A stretch of 32,000 nucleotides of DNA from Mycobacterium tuberculosis H37Rv. Its GTDB lineage: Bacteria > Actinomycetota > Actinomycetes > Mycobacteriales > Mycobacteriaceae. The stretch's first letter is position 1. The number at the start of each line of letters is the position of its first letter. Position numbers and translations under genes: made by a program. The stretch covers positions 2,760,001 through 2,792,000 of the forward strand of contig NC_000962.3 of the NCBI RefSeq assembly GCF_000195955.2. The letters run 5' to 3'. Positions 1 to 8,985 of this stretch are shown here, piece after piece. The notes below the pieces were generated by a model. That model saw nothing but the letters and a program-made list of their open reading frames with translations. It did not search any database and had not been told where the DNA came from.

Positions 1-687
1 ATAGGTCATGACGACGCCACCGTGCTGCTGCGCCGCAGCGTCGAACTCGCCCAGGCTGCGCGCGACGAGGTCGGCGTTGGCGGTCTATCGGTCGCAGCCT
101 CGGTCGGGCCATACGGCGCCGCGCTGGCTGACGGATCCGAATACCGCGGATACTACGGCCTGTCCGTCGCAGCCTTGATGAAGTGGCATCTGCCACGGCT
201 CGAGGTGCTAGTCGATGCCGGCGCTGACATGCTCGCCCTGGAAACCATCCCCGATATCGACGAAGCCGAAGCGCTGGTCAACCTGGTGCGGCGGTTGGCT
301 ACGCCGGCCTGGCTCAGCTACACGATCAACGGGACGCGGACTCGCGCCGGGCAACCGCTCACCGACGCGTTTGCGGTGGCCGCAGGAGTTCCCGAGATCG
401 TCGCCGTCGGCGTCAACTGCTGCGCACCCGACGACGTGTTGCCGGCCATCGCTTTCGCCGTCGCCCACACAGGCAAACCGGTGATCGTGTACCCGAACAG
501 CGGTGAGGGTTGGGATGGTCGGCGCCGCGCCTGGGTAGGTCCGCGGCGGTTTTCCGGATCTTCCGGGCAGCTTGCGCGGGAATGGGTTGCGGCGGGCGCG
601 CGCATCGTGGGCGGATGCTGCCGAGTACGGCCGATCGATATTGCCGAAATCGGGCGAGCGCTGACCACCGCGCCGCCCCGAGGCTGA
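1..687 (+). CDS. mmuM: Homocysteine S-methyltransferase, 3' portion (5' end lies left of the window)
   Basis: Frame 1 is open from base 1 (IGHDDATVLLRR...) to TGA at 685-687. Cys-rich Zn-ligand motifs GVNCCAP and GGCCRV are typical of the family. Position matches Rv2458 synteny. Confidence 0.85.
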   Translation: MGHDDATVLLRRSVELAQAARDEVGVGGLSVAASVGPYGAALADGSEYRGYYGLSVAALMKWHLPRLEVLVDAGADMLALETIPDIDEAEALVNLVRRLATPAWLSYTINGTRTRAGQPLTDAFAVAAGVPEIVAVGVNCCAPDDVLPAIAFAVAHTGKPVIVYPNSGEGWDGRRRAWVGPRRFSGSSGQLAREWVAAGARIVGGCCRVRPIDIAEIGRALTTAPPRG

Positions 688-853
688 AAGCGAAAATTGC
701 CTCTACTGCCTCATCGAGGCGTTACCTAGGGTTAGTTCTTGTGACCGCGAAGCCCGGCTACGCATGAGTAAGAACCGCATTATGGGCAACCAACCGGAGA
801 AGTCAGATGTGACTGCGGCACCCGACACCGTGGAGGGCGATTCCCACACTGCA

Positions 854-2380
854 ATGACACCGCGCCAGCGGCTGACCGTGTTGGCAACGGGGCTGGGCAT
901 CTTCATGGTGTTCGTGGACGTCAACATCGTCAATGTCGCATTGCCCAGCATCCAAAAGGTGTTTCACACGGGCGAACAAGGTCTGCAGTGGGCGGTCGCC
1001 GGGTACAGCCTGGGCATGGCGGCCGTGCTGATGAGTTGCGCCCTGCTGGGCGATCGCTACGGTCGCAGGCGCAGTTTTGTGTTCGGGGTCACGCTCTTCG
1101 TCGTGAGCTCTATTGTCTGTGTGCTACCGGTCAGCCTGGCAGTTTTCACGGTCGCACGAGTGATCCAAGGTTTAGGAGCGGCGTTCATCTCAGTGCTCTC
1201 GCTGGCCTTGCTAAGCCACTCCTTTCCCAATCCCCGAATGAAAGCACGGGCGATATCCAACTGGATGGCCATAGGCATGGTCGGTGCGGCATCTGCCCCC
1301 GCGCTGGGCGGGCTCATGGTCGACGGCCTCGGTTGGCGCAGCGTGTTCCTGGTGAACGTTCCGCTCGGTGCCATCGTGTGGCTGCTGACGCTAGTCGGTG
1401 TCGACGAGTCACAGGATCCCGAGCCCACTCAACTCGACTGGGTGGGACAGCTGACGCTTATCCCGGCCGTCGCCCTGATCGCATACACCATCATCGAGGC
1501 TCCCCGGTTCGACCGGCAGTCCGCCGGGTTCGTGGCGGCGTTGCTGTTAGCGGCTGGGGTACTGCTGTGGCTGTTTGTTCGACACGAACACCGCGCCGCT
1601 TTCCCGTTGGTCGATCTCAAACTGTTCGCCGAGCCGTTGTACCGATCGGTGCTGATCGTCTACTTCGTGGTGATGTCCTGCTTTTTCGGGACTCTGATGG
1701 TGATCACCCAGCACTTCCAAAATGTGCGCGACCTATCGCCGCTGCACGCGGGTTTGATGATGTTGCCGGTCCCCGCGGGATTCGGGGTGGCGAGTCTGCT
1801 GGCGGGTAGGGCGGTCAACAAATGGGGTCCTCAGCTCCCGGTGCTGACGTGCCTGGCGGCCATGTTCATCGGGTTGGCGATTTTCGCGATCTCGATGGAC
1901 CACGCGCATCCAGTGGCCCTTGTTGGCCTGACGATCTTTGGCGCGGGAGCCGGCGGCTGCGCCACACCGCTGTTGCATCTTGGAATGACCAAGGTCGATG
2001 ATGGCCGTGCCGGCATGGCCGCCGGGATGCTCAATCTGCAGCGGTCGCTGGGCGGCATTTTCGGCGTCGCCTTCCTGGGCACCATTGTCGCGGCCTGGTT
2101 GGGTGCCGCGCTGCCGAACACCATGGCCGACGAAATTCCCGATCCCATCGCTCGCGCGATCGTTGTCGACGTCATCGTGGACAGCGCGAATCCGCATGCC
2201 CACGCGGCATTTATCGGGCCAGGACACCGGATAACTGCGGCGCAGGAGGATGAGATCGTACTGGCCGCCGACGCGGTCTTCGTGAGCGGAATCAAGCTCG
2301 CGTTGGGCGGCGCCGCCGTATTGCTGACCGGCGCGTTCGTCCTTGGTTGGACGCGCTTCCCCCGGACCCCCGCCAGCTAA
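854..2380 (+). CDS. MFS drug/H+ antiporter-type integral membrane transporter (DHA2-like, about 14 TM)
   Basis: Long hydrophobic ORF with MFS motif A (LGDRYGRRRSF). ATG at 854 gives 508 aa, the length I recall for Rv2459. The longest ORF starts at 764, so the start is uncertain by 30 codons. Confidence 0.85.
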   Translation: MTPRQRLTVLATGLGIFMVFVDVNIVNVALPSIQKVFHTGEQGLQWAVAGYSLGMAAVLMSCALLGDRYGRRRSFVFGVTLFVVSSIVCVLPVSLAVFTVARVIQGLGAAFISVLSLALLSHSFPNPRMKARAISNWMAIGMVGAASAPALGGLMVDGLGWRSVFLVNVPLGAIVWLLTLVGVDESQDPEPTQLDWVGQLTLIPAVALIAYTIIEAPRFDRQSAGFVAALLLAAGVLLWLFVRHEHRAAFPLVDLKLFAEPLYRSVLIVYFVVMSCFFGTLMVITQHFQNVRDLSPLHAGLMMLPVPAGFGVASLLAGRAVNKWGPQLPVLTCLAAMFIGLAIFAISMDHAHPVALVGLTIFGAGAGGCATPLLHLGMTKVDDGRAGMAAGMLNLQRSLGGIFGVAFLGTIVAAWLGAALPNTMADEIPDPIARAIVVDVIVDSANPHAHAAFIGPGHRITAAQEDEIVLAADAVFVSGIKLALGGAAVLLTGAFVLGWTRFPRTPAS

Positions 2381-2530
2381 GTGGTCTCGCTCGGTGCGCC
2401 CCCACAGTCCCTGCGCCGAGATCGACGTTAGCGTCACGCCTTATGGTGATTTTCCGCTCTGGCGTGGATCTCGGCGCATGTCGGGTGGCGACCACCAAGC
2501 CACGCCACGGCCGCACCACCCGCCCATGGC

Positions 2531-3175
2531 TCAGGCGGTTTGCGCGGAGAGCTTCCGGTACTCGAGCACCGTGTCGATGATGCCGTAGTCCTTAGCCTCT
2601 TCCGCGGTCAAGATCTTGTCCCGGTCAGTGTCTTTGCGGATCACTCCGGCGTCCTTGCCGGTGTGGCGGGCCAGCGTGGTTTCCATCAGGGTGCGCATCC
2701 GCTCGATCTCGGCGGCCTGGATCTCCAGATCGGAGAACTGTCCCTGGATCACGCCCGACAACGACGGCTGATGGATCAACACCCGCGCATTCGGCAGCGC
2801 CATGCGCTTGCCCGGTGTTCCGGCGGCCAGCAGCACCGCAGCCGCCGAGGCGGCCTGGCCCAGACACACCGTCTGGATATCGGCCCGCACGTATTGCATG
2901 GTGTCGTAGATCGCCATCAGCGAGGTGAACCCACCGCCCGGCGAGTTGATGTACATGGTGATATCGCGGTCGGGATCCAACGACTCCAACACCAGCAACT
3001 GTGCCATGATGTCGTTCGCCGACGCGTCGTCGACCTGGACGCCGAGGAAGATGATGCGTTCCTCGAACAGCTTGTTGTATGGATTGGACTCCTTGACCCC
3101 GAAGCTGGAGTGCTCGATGAACGACGGCAGGATGTAGCGCGCCTGGGGCTGGATCTGAGAATTTTGGGAATTCAC
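2531..3175 (-). CDS. clpP2: ATP-dependent Clp protease proteolytic subunit 2
   Basis: 214 aa. ClpP fold motifs are present: INSPGG, catalytic Ser in GQAASAA, His in IHQP, Asp in DTDRD. The GTG start overlaps the clpP1 TGA (GTGA at 3172-3175). Confidence 0.97.
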   Translation of the reverse strand: MNSQNSQIQPQARYILPSFIEHSSFGVKESNPYNKLFEERIIFLGVQVDDASANDIMAQLLVLESLDPDRDITMYINSPGGGFTSLMAIYDTMQYVRADIQTVCLGQAASAAAVLLAAGTPGKRMALPNARVLIHQPSLSGVIQGQFSDLEIQAAEIERMRTLMETTLARHTGKDAGVIRKDTDRDKILTAEEAKDYGIIDTVLEYRKLSAQTA

Positions 3176-3774
3176 TGTGCTTCTCCATTGACGTGGGCGC
3201 GGGTGATGATGTGATCGACGAAACCGTATTCCAGGGCTTCGGCGGCGGTGAACCAGCGGTCGCGATCGGAATCCGCCTCAATGCGCTCGATCGGCTGGCC
3301 GGTGAATTCGGCGTTGAGCCGGAACATTTCTTTCTTGATCACGGCGAACTGCTCGGCCTGGATGGCGATATCGGCCGCGCTGCCGGTCACCCCGCCCAAC
3401 GGCTGGTGCATCAGGATGCGAGCATGCGGCAGCGCGTAGCGCTTGCCCTTGGTACCTGCCGCCAGCAGGAACTCGCCCATCGAGGCGGCCATGCCCATCG
3501 CGTAGGTGGCGATGTCACAGGGCGCCAGCACCATGGTGTCGTAGATCGCCATGCCGGCGCTGATCGATCCACCCGGCGAATTGATGTAGAGGCTGATGTC
3601 CTTGCTGGCGTCTTCGGCGGCCAGCAGCAGAATCTGAGCGCATAACCGGTTGGCGATCTCGTCGTTCACCTCCGAGCCCAGGAAGATGATGCGCTCGGAG
3701 AGCAAGCGCTCGTAGACCGAATCCGTGAGGCTAAGACCCTGCGAGTTCGAACGCATGTCAGTCACTTGGCTCAC
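3172..3774 (-). CDS. clpP1: ATP-dependent Clp protease proteolytic subunit 1
   Basis: 200 aa. Motifs INSPGG, Ser in GMAASMG, His in MHQP, Asp in DSDRD. A 4-nt overlap with clpP2 indicates one operon. Confidence 0.97.
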   Translation of the reverse strand: MSQVTDMRSNSQGLSLTDSVYERLLSERIIFLGSEVNDEIANRLCAQILLLAAEDASKDISLYINSPGGSISAGMAIYDTMVLAPCDIATYAMGMAASMGEFLLAAGTKGKRYALPHARILMHQPLGGVTGSAADIAIQAEQFAVIKKEMFRLNAEFTGQPIERIEADSDRDRWFTAAEALEYGFVDHIITRAHVNGEAQ

Positions 3775-3868
3775 AGTGGGGCACCTGCTTTCCTCGAGTT
3801 CTTCTATGCTCCGACACTAACCAACCAGGCTGGCTGTTTCGCGGTCACGCACCCCCTGAAACCGGCGC

Positions 3869-3882
3869 GTTCGCTTACAGCG
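3869..3882. promoter_or_regulatory. Candidate ClgR operator (GTTCGC-N5-GCG) upstream of clpP1P2
   Basis: Exact string GTTCGCttacaGCG lies about 95-108 nt upstream of the clpP1 start, between tig and clpP1. It matches the actinobacterial ClgR motif as I recall it. There is no binding evidence from sequence alone. Confidence 0.35.
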
Positions 3883-3890
3883 TCATACGG

Positions 3891-5291
3891 TCACGTTGTC
3901 GCTTCGTCGGACGCCGCCCGCGCGGCACCCTCGTCTGCCGGTTCGGCCTCCTCAGCCTCACCGGCCGACACACGCTTGCCGAAGAACTCACTGGTATCGA
4001 TCGTGTTTCCGTCACTGTCGGTGACCGTCGCCGCCTCCACTGCGGCCCTGATCGCCAGCTCGCGCCGCACGTCAGCGAACATGGTCGGCAGCTGGTTGCG
4101 CTCTTGGAGGTAGCCGAACAGCTGCTGCGGCTCGATGCCGTATTGCCGAGACGTCGTCACCAGTCGTTCGGTCAGATCATCCTGGCCAACTTGGACCTGC
4201 AGCTCATCGGCCAGGGCGTCTAGCAACAGCTGCCTCTTGACGTCCTTTTCTGAGGCGGTGCGCGCCTCGGCATCGAACGCCGCGCGTGACGAGCCTTGCT
4301 CGACGAGCAACTCATTGAACCGGGCTTCGTCGTGATTAAGACCGCTGAGCGCGCTGTGCAGCACGCTGTCGAATTGGGCCTGCACATACGACTCCGGCAA
4401 CGGCACGTCGACCTGTTCGAGTAGCGCATCGATGGTGGCGTTTCGAATCTGCTCGGCCTGCTGGGCGCGCTTGGCCTGGCGCACCTGGTCGCTGAGGCTG
4501 GCCCGCAATTCGTCGATGCTGTCGAACTCGCTGGCTAACTGCGCGAATTCGTCGTCGGGCTCTGGTAGTTCGCGCTCCTTAACCGACCTGACCGTGACGG
4601 TAACCTGAGCTTCCTGCCCGGCGTGCTCGCCGGCTGCCAGCTTGGCGGTGAAGACCCGGGACTCGTCGGCGGACAGACCAACAACCGCGTCGTCGAGACC
4701 TGCGATGAGCCGGCCGGAGCCGACCTCGTGGGAGAGTCCCTCAGCGGCTGCGTTCGGTATGTCCTCTCCGTCGACCGTGGCAGACAAGTCGATCGAGACG
4801 ACGTCGCCGACGGCCACCGGCCGGTCCACCGCGGTCAGGGTGCCGAACCGGGTACGTAACGACTGCAGTTCGGCGTCGACGTCGTCCTCACCGATTTCGA
4901 TCGGATCCACCGAGACCGTCAGCGCGCTCAGGTCCGGGGGACTGATCTTCGGGCGGATGTCGACCTCGGCGGTGAATTGCAGGTCCTGGCCGTACTCCTT
5001 CTTGGTCACCTCGATGTTGGGCCGGCCGAGCGGTTGGACATCCGACTCGGCCACCGCCTGTCCGTACCGGCTGGGCAGCGCATCGTTGACGATTTGATCC
5101 AGCATGGCCTCCCGGCCGATGCGGGCTTCGAGTAGTTTGGCCGGCGCCTTCCCGGGCCGGAAGCCGGGCAGCCGCACCTGTTTGGCCAGCTCTTTGTAGG
5201 CCCGCTGGAAATCCGGCTCAAGCTCGGCGAATGGCACCTCCACGTTGATACGAACCCGGGTGGGGCTCAACTGCTCGACGGTGCTCTTCAC
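3891..5291 (-). CDS. tig: Trigger factor (ribosome-associated PPIase chaperone)
   Basis: 466 aa. The N-terminal ribosome-binding signature GFRPGKAP is present, with an acidic C-terminal tail. The tig-clpP arrangement is conserved. Confidence 0.97.
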   Translation of the reverse strand: MKSTVEQLSPTRVRINVEVPFAELEPDFQRAYKELAKQVRLPGFRPGKAPAKLLEARIGREAMLDQIVNDALPSRYGQAVAESDVQPLGRPNIEVTKKEYGQDLQFTAEVDIRPKISPPDLSALTVSVDPIEIGEDDVDAELQSLRTRFGTLTAVDRPVAVGDVVSIDLSATVDGEDIPNAAAEGLSHEVGSGRLIAGLDDAVVGLSADESRVFTAKLAAGEHAGQEAQVTVTVRSVKERELPEPDDEFAQLASEFDSIDELRASLSDQVRQAKRAQQAEQIRNATIDALLEQVDVPLPESYVQAQFDSVLHSALSGLNHDEARFNELLVEQGSSRAAFDAEARTASEKDVKRQLLLDALADELQVQVGQDDLTERLVTTSRQYGIEPQQLFGYLQERNQLPTMFADVRRELAIRAAVEAATVTDSDGNTIDTSEFFGKRVSAGEAEEAEPADEGAARAASDEATT

Positions 5292-5327
5292 GGGTGTGCT
5301 CCTTGGTAGTCGATAACGGCGGTCGGC

Positions 5328-5404
5328 TGGTCGGGGTGACAGGATTTGAACCTGCGGCCTTCCGCTCCCAAAGCGGATGCGCTACCAAGCTGCGCTACAC
5401 CCCG
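5328..5404 (-). tRNA. tRNA-Pro (anticodon TGG), CCA encoded
   Basis: Hand-folded cloverleaf: acceptor CGGGGTG/CACCCCG, D arm GCGC-AGCTTGGTA-GCGC, anticodon arm TCCGC-TTTGGGA-GCGGA, T arm GCAGG-TTCAAAT-CCTGT, discriminator A, then CCA. Total 77 nt. Confidence 0.95.
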
Positions 5405-5540
5405 CGCTGACCTCGCGATCCTACGGCCCGGCGACACCGGCACCGCAATGACCTCTTGAGACCTCACGGGAAGGTCTCAAAACGACTCCGATTAGATTTG
5501 ATGTCTGTCACCACGTACAGTCGCGCTCGACTAAATACAT

Positions 5541-5611
5541 GCGGGCGTAGCTCAATGGTAGAGCCCTAGTCTTCCAAACTAGCGACGCGGGTTCGATTCC
5601 CGTCGCCCGCT
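5541..5611 (+). tRNA. tRNA-Gly (anticodon TCC), CCA not encoded
   Basis: Hand-folded cloverleaf: acceptor GCGGGCG/CGCCCGC, D arm GCTC-AATGGTA-GAGC, anticodon arm CTAGT-CTTCCAA-ACTAG, T arm GCGGG-TTCGATT-CCCGT, discriminator T. Total 71 nt. Confidence 0.95.
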
Positions 5612-5654
5612 CGGGCCATGCGTTTGTTCGGCAGAAAGGCGCCATGCGCGACCC

Positions 5655-6839
5655 ATGAATCAGCCTGACATCAAGGGCTCGTGCGCGTCGGAGTTCACCA
5701 AGGTACGCGACGCGTTCGAGCGCAACTTTGTGCTGCGCAACGAGGTCGGCGCGGCCGTCGCGGTGTGGGTCGACGGGGATCTTGTCGTCAACCTGTGGGG
5801 CGGCTCCGCCGACGCCGGCGGTACCCGGCCCTGGCAGCACGACACGCTGGCCACCGTGCTGTCCGGTACCAAGGCACTAACGGCCACGTGTGTGCATCAG
5901 CTCGTCGATCGCGGTGAGCTTGACCTGCATGCGCCGGTGGCACGCTACTGGCCCGAGTTCGGACAGGCGGGTAAGCAGGCCATCACGCTGGCGATGGTGA
6001 TGAGCCACCGCTCCGGGGCGATCGGGCCGCGCGGACGGCTGGGCTGGGAGCAGGTCGCCGATTGGGATTTTGTCTGCGAGCAACTGGCCGCCGCCGAACC
6101 GTGGTGGCAGCCGGGTGCCGCGCAGGGCTACCACATGACCACCTTCGGTTTCATCCTCGGCGAAGTGTTCCGCCGCGTCACAGGCCGTACGGTCGGTCAA
6201 TACCTGCGTACCGAGATCGCTGAGCCGCTGGGTGCGGACGTCCACATTGGCTTGCATCCCGGCGAACAGCTCCGCTGCGCCGATCTAGTTGATAAGCCGC
6301 ACATCCGCCAATTGCTGGCCGACGTCCAAGCCCCCGGCTACCCCACCAGCCTAAACGAACATCCCAAGGCTGCATTGTCGGTGTCGATGGGCTTCGCCCC
6401 CGACGACGAACTCGGCTCCAACGACCTGCAGCTGTGGCGTCAGATCGAATTCCCCGGCACCAACGGCCAGGTGTCTGCGCTGGGGCTGGCGACGTTCTAC
6501 AACGGGCTTGCCCAGGAGAAGCTGCTCAGCCGCGAGCACATGGAGCTGGTCCGGGTCTCACAGGGCGGCTTCGACACCGATCTGGTGCTCGGCCCGAGGG
6601 TCGCCGACCATGGCTGGGGTCTGGGCTACATGCTCAACCAGCGCGGCGTCAATGGACCCAACCCACGGATTTTCGGGCATGGTGGCCTCGGCGGCTCGTT
6701 TGGGTTCGTCGACCTCGAGCACCGGATCGGCTACGCCTACGTGATGAACCGCTTCGACGCCACCAAGGCCAACGCGGATCCGCGCAGCGTCGTCCTGTCC
6801 AACGAGGTCTACGCCGCGCTCGGGGTAAACCGTTCCTAG
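5655..6839 (+). CDS. lipP: Beta-lactamase-family (class C / family VIII) esterase-lipase
   Basis: 394 aa. An S-x-x-K nucleophile motif (SGTK) lies near the N-terminus, with a GHGG-type C-terminal motif. Length and position match Rv2463. Confidence 0.85.
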   Translation: MNQPDIKGSCASEFTKVRDAFERNFVLRNEVGAAVAVWVDGDLVVNLWGGSADAGGTRPWQHDTLATVLSGTKALTATCVHQLVDRGELDLHAPVARYWPEFGQAGKQAITLAMVMSHRSGAIGPRGRLGWEQVADWDFVCEQLAAAEPWWQPGAAQGYHMTTFGFILGEVFRRVTGRTVGQYLRTEIAEPLGADVHIGLHPGEQLRCADLVDKPHIRQLLADVQAPGYPTSLNEHPKAALSVSMGFAPDDELGSNDLQLWRQIEFPGTNGQVSALGLATFYNGLAQEKLLSREHMELVRVSQGGFDTDLVLGPRVADHGWGLGYMLNQRGVNGPNPRIFGHGGLGGSFGFVDLEHRIGYAYVMNRFDATKANADPRSVVLSNEVYAALGVNRS

Positions 6840-6858
6840 ACGGCTAGCCACCAGGCGG

Positions 6859-7665
6859 TCAGGTCTGACAGACCGGGCACCAGAAAACATTGCGGCCCTC
6901 GAGCAGTGCCGTGCGGATCACTCCCCCACACACCCGACACGGCTCGCCGGCTCGGCGGTACACATAGGTGCGGGGCCGGTCGGGCAGATATGACGGCAGA
7001 CCATGGTCATGTTCGGGGCGCACCACGATGATCTTGCCGCGGCGCAAGCCCACCTTCATCAACGACACCAGATCGTTCCAGGCCGCGTCGAATTCCGGCT
7101 CACCGATCCCGCGGCCGGGCCGCTGTGGGTCGATCCGGTGCCGAAAAAGCAACTCATTACGGTAGACGTTGCCAACACCGGCGATCACCGTTTGGTCCAT
7201 CAAGAGCGCGCCTATGGGCCTGCGAGACTTGGTGATCCGAGACCATGCCGACGACGGGTTGGCGTCGCTACGCAACGGGTCGGGTCCCAGCCTGGCAACC
7301 ACGTCCGCAACCTCGCCGTCGTCGATCGACTCACACACCGTCGGGCCGCGCAAGTCGGTGCCGAATTCTGCCCCGACCATCCGCATCCGCACCTGCCCCG
7401 CGGGTTCGGGTAGCCACCCATCTGTGGGGCGTGCCCATTCGGTGAAGGTGCCATAGAGCCCGAGATGCACGTGCACCACGGGGCCGCCGACGTAGTGATG
7501 GAACAGGTGTTTGCCCCAGGCACTGGCCCGCCGCAACACCCGACCGTTGAGCGCGGAAGCCGAATCGGCGAACCGGCCCTGGGGGCTGGACACCGAGACC
7601 GGCGCACCGGCGAACCGGCGCTGGTGCAGCCGGGCCAGCCGATGCAGCGTATGCCCCTCAGGCAC
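6859..7665 (-). CDS. nei: Fpg/Nei-family DNA glycosylase / AP lyase (endonuclease VIII-like)
   Basis: The family needs Pro2 as catalytic nucleophile. GTG at 7665 is followed by PEGHTLHR, giving 268 aa. A C-terminal C4 zinc finger is present (CRVCGG...CPVCQ). The 302-aa track ORF is an artefactual 5' extension that runs into rpiB. Confidence 0.9.
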   Translation of the reverse strand: MPEGHTLHRLARLHQRRFAGAPVSVSSPQGRFADSASALNGRVLRRASAWGKHLFHHYVGGPVVHVHLGLYGTFTEWARPTDGWLPEPAGQVRMRMVGAEFGTDLRGPTVCESIDDGEVADVVARLGPDPLRSDANPSSAWSRITKSRRPIGALLMDQTVIAGVGNVYRNELLFRHRIDPQRPGRGIGEPEFDAAWNDLVSLMKVGLRRGKIIVVRPEHDHGLPSYLPDRPRTYVYRRAGEPCRVCGGVIRTALLEGRNVFWCPVCQT

Positions 7666-7670
7666 GGGAG

Positions 7671-8159
7671 TCAGGCCGGAGCGCCGGGCACCGGCGGCGC
7701 TTCGTGGGTCCGTTCGTACTCGGCGAGAATGTCGATACGCCGTTGGTGGCGTTGCGCTTTCGACCACGGCGTGGTGACGAAGGCGTCGACTATCGCCAGT
7801 GCCTCGGCCACCGTGTGCATGCGGCCGCCGATGCCGATCAATTGGGCGTTGTTGTGCTCGCGAGCCAGCGCCGCGGTCTGCACACTCCAGGCCAGCGCGC
7901 AGCGAGCGCCGGGCACCTTGTTGGCGGCGATCTGCTCCCCGTTGCCCGATCCGCCCAGCACGATGCCCAGGCTGCCCGGATCGGCGACAGTGCGCGTCGC
8001 TGCGGCAATGCAGAATGCCGGGTAGTCGTCGTCGGCGTCGTAGCGCAACGCGCCGCAGTCGATCGGCTCGTGGCCGGTTTGCTTCAGGTGCTCGATGATC
8101 CGCTGCTTGAGCTCATATCCGGCGTGGTCGGCCCCCAGGTAGACGCGCATGCCCGACAT
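7671..8159 (-). CDS. rpiB: Ribose-5-phosphate isomerase B
   Basis: RpiB/LacAB family, with MRVYLGADHAGYELK and GSGNGEQIAANK. ATG at 8159 gives 162 aa. An alternative ATG lies 4 codons upstream at 8171. Confidence 0.93.
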   Translation of the reverse strand: MSGMRVYLGADHAGYELKQRIIEHLKQTGHEPIDCGALRYDADDDYPAFCIAAATRTVADPGSLGIVLGGSGNGEQIAANKVPGARCALAWSVQTAALAREHNNAQLIGIGGRMHTVAEALAIVDAFVTTPWSKAQRHQRRIDILAEYERTHEAPPVPGAPA

Positions 8160-8195
8160 TGTGCCCGACACACTGCCGGGCGCCGGCGCGGGCGC

Positions 8196-8260
8196 CCGCC
8201 GATAGTGAATTCGGCGACAAGAACCCGGGCGTGTTCCGGCGCCGAATTCACTATCGGCGG
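8196..8260 (-). terminator. 21-bp perfect inverted repeat (23-nt loop) directly after the stop of the CPWC reductase gene; likely stem-loop terminator
   Basis: Left arm 8196-8216 is ccgccgatagtgaattcggcg. Right arm 8240-8260 is its exact reverse complement. It abuts the TAG (8261-8263) of the upstream minus-strand gene. There is no U-tract, which I recall is frequently the case for mycobacterial terminators. Confidence 0.5.
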
Positions 8261-8884
8261 CTAGTCGAACTGAGGCGGCTCGGTGCGGGTCCGCTTGAGC
8301 TCAAAAAAGTGCGGGTAGGAAGCGAAGGTAACCGAGGCATCCCAGAGCTTGCCGGCTTCCTCGCCGCGCGGAATCTTCGAGAGCACCGGCCCGAAGAACG
8401 CCACACCATTGACATGGATCGTCGGCGTACCGACGTCCTCGCCCACCGCGTCCATCCCGGCGTGGTGGCTTTTGCGCAGGGCGTTGTCGTAAGCGTCGCT
8501 GGTAGCGGCCTTGGCCAACTCCGCGGGCAGACCGGCGTCCGCCAGCGACTGGGTGATGACCTCGTCGAGTTCGTGGTTGCCCTGGTTGTGAATCCGGTTG
8601 CCCATCGCGGTGTACAGCGGGTCCAGGACTTTCGCCCCATGGGCCTGCTCGGCGGCGATCGCCACCCGTACCGGTCCCCATGCCCTCGCCATGCCTTCGC
8701 GGTATTGCTCGGGCAGGTCGTCACGGTTTTCGTTGAGTATTGCCAGGCTCATGACGTGGAAGTTCACCTCGATGTCGCGGACCTTTGCCACCTCGAGGAT
8801 CCAGCGCGACGTGATCCAGCACCACGGGCACAGCGGATCGAACCAGAAATCGGCGACAGACTTCTGGGGGGCCTTCTCGAGCAT
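8261..8884 (-). CDS. DsbA-like thioredoxin-fold protein (mycothiol-dependent reductase, Rv2466c-type)
   Basis: 207 aa with an N-terminal CPWC active-site motif (FDPLCPWCW). Length and position match Rv2466c. Confidence 0.85.
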   Translation of the reverse strand: MLEKAPQKSVADFWFDPLCPWCWITSRWILEVAKVRDIEVNFHVMSLAILNENRDDLPEQYREGMARAWGPVRVAIAAEQAHGAKVLDPLYTAMGNRIHNQGNHELDEVITQSLADAGLPAELAKAATSDAYDNALRKSHHAGMDAVGEDVGTPTIHVNGVAFFGPVLSKIPRGEEAGKLWDASVTFASYPHFFELKRTRTEPPQFD

Positions 8885-8934
8885 GGCGCGGTCCTCTCGT
8901 TGGAGTCAGCAGCGGTGAGTACACCGCCCAGCAC

Positions 8935-8960
8935 AACCACGGCCGCCCCGCACCTGTTCC
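8935..8960 (-). promoter_or_regulatory. Candidate SigH/SigR-type ECF promoter (GGAAC-N18-GTT) for the CPWC reductase gene
   Basis: The minus strand reads cgGGAACaggtgcggggcggccgtgGTTg. The GTT lies about 50 nt upstream of the ATG at 8884. I recall this gene as a thiol-stress, SigH-dependent gene. Confidence 0.45.
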
Positions 8961-8985
8961 CGCCGACCCGGTTAAGTTGGACGCC

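Noticed and set aside
5508-5840. 110-aa minus-strand ORF
   Set aside because: It overlaps the tRNA-Gly gene and the 5' end of lipP on the opposite strand, so it is implausible.
7666-7767. 34-codon 5' extension of the Fpg/Nei gene
   Set aside because: The family requires Pro at position 2 after Met removal, and GTG 7665 followed by PEGHT satisfies this. The extension would overlap the rpiB 3' end.
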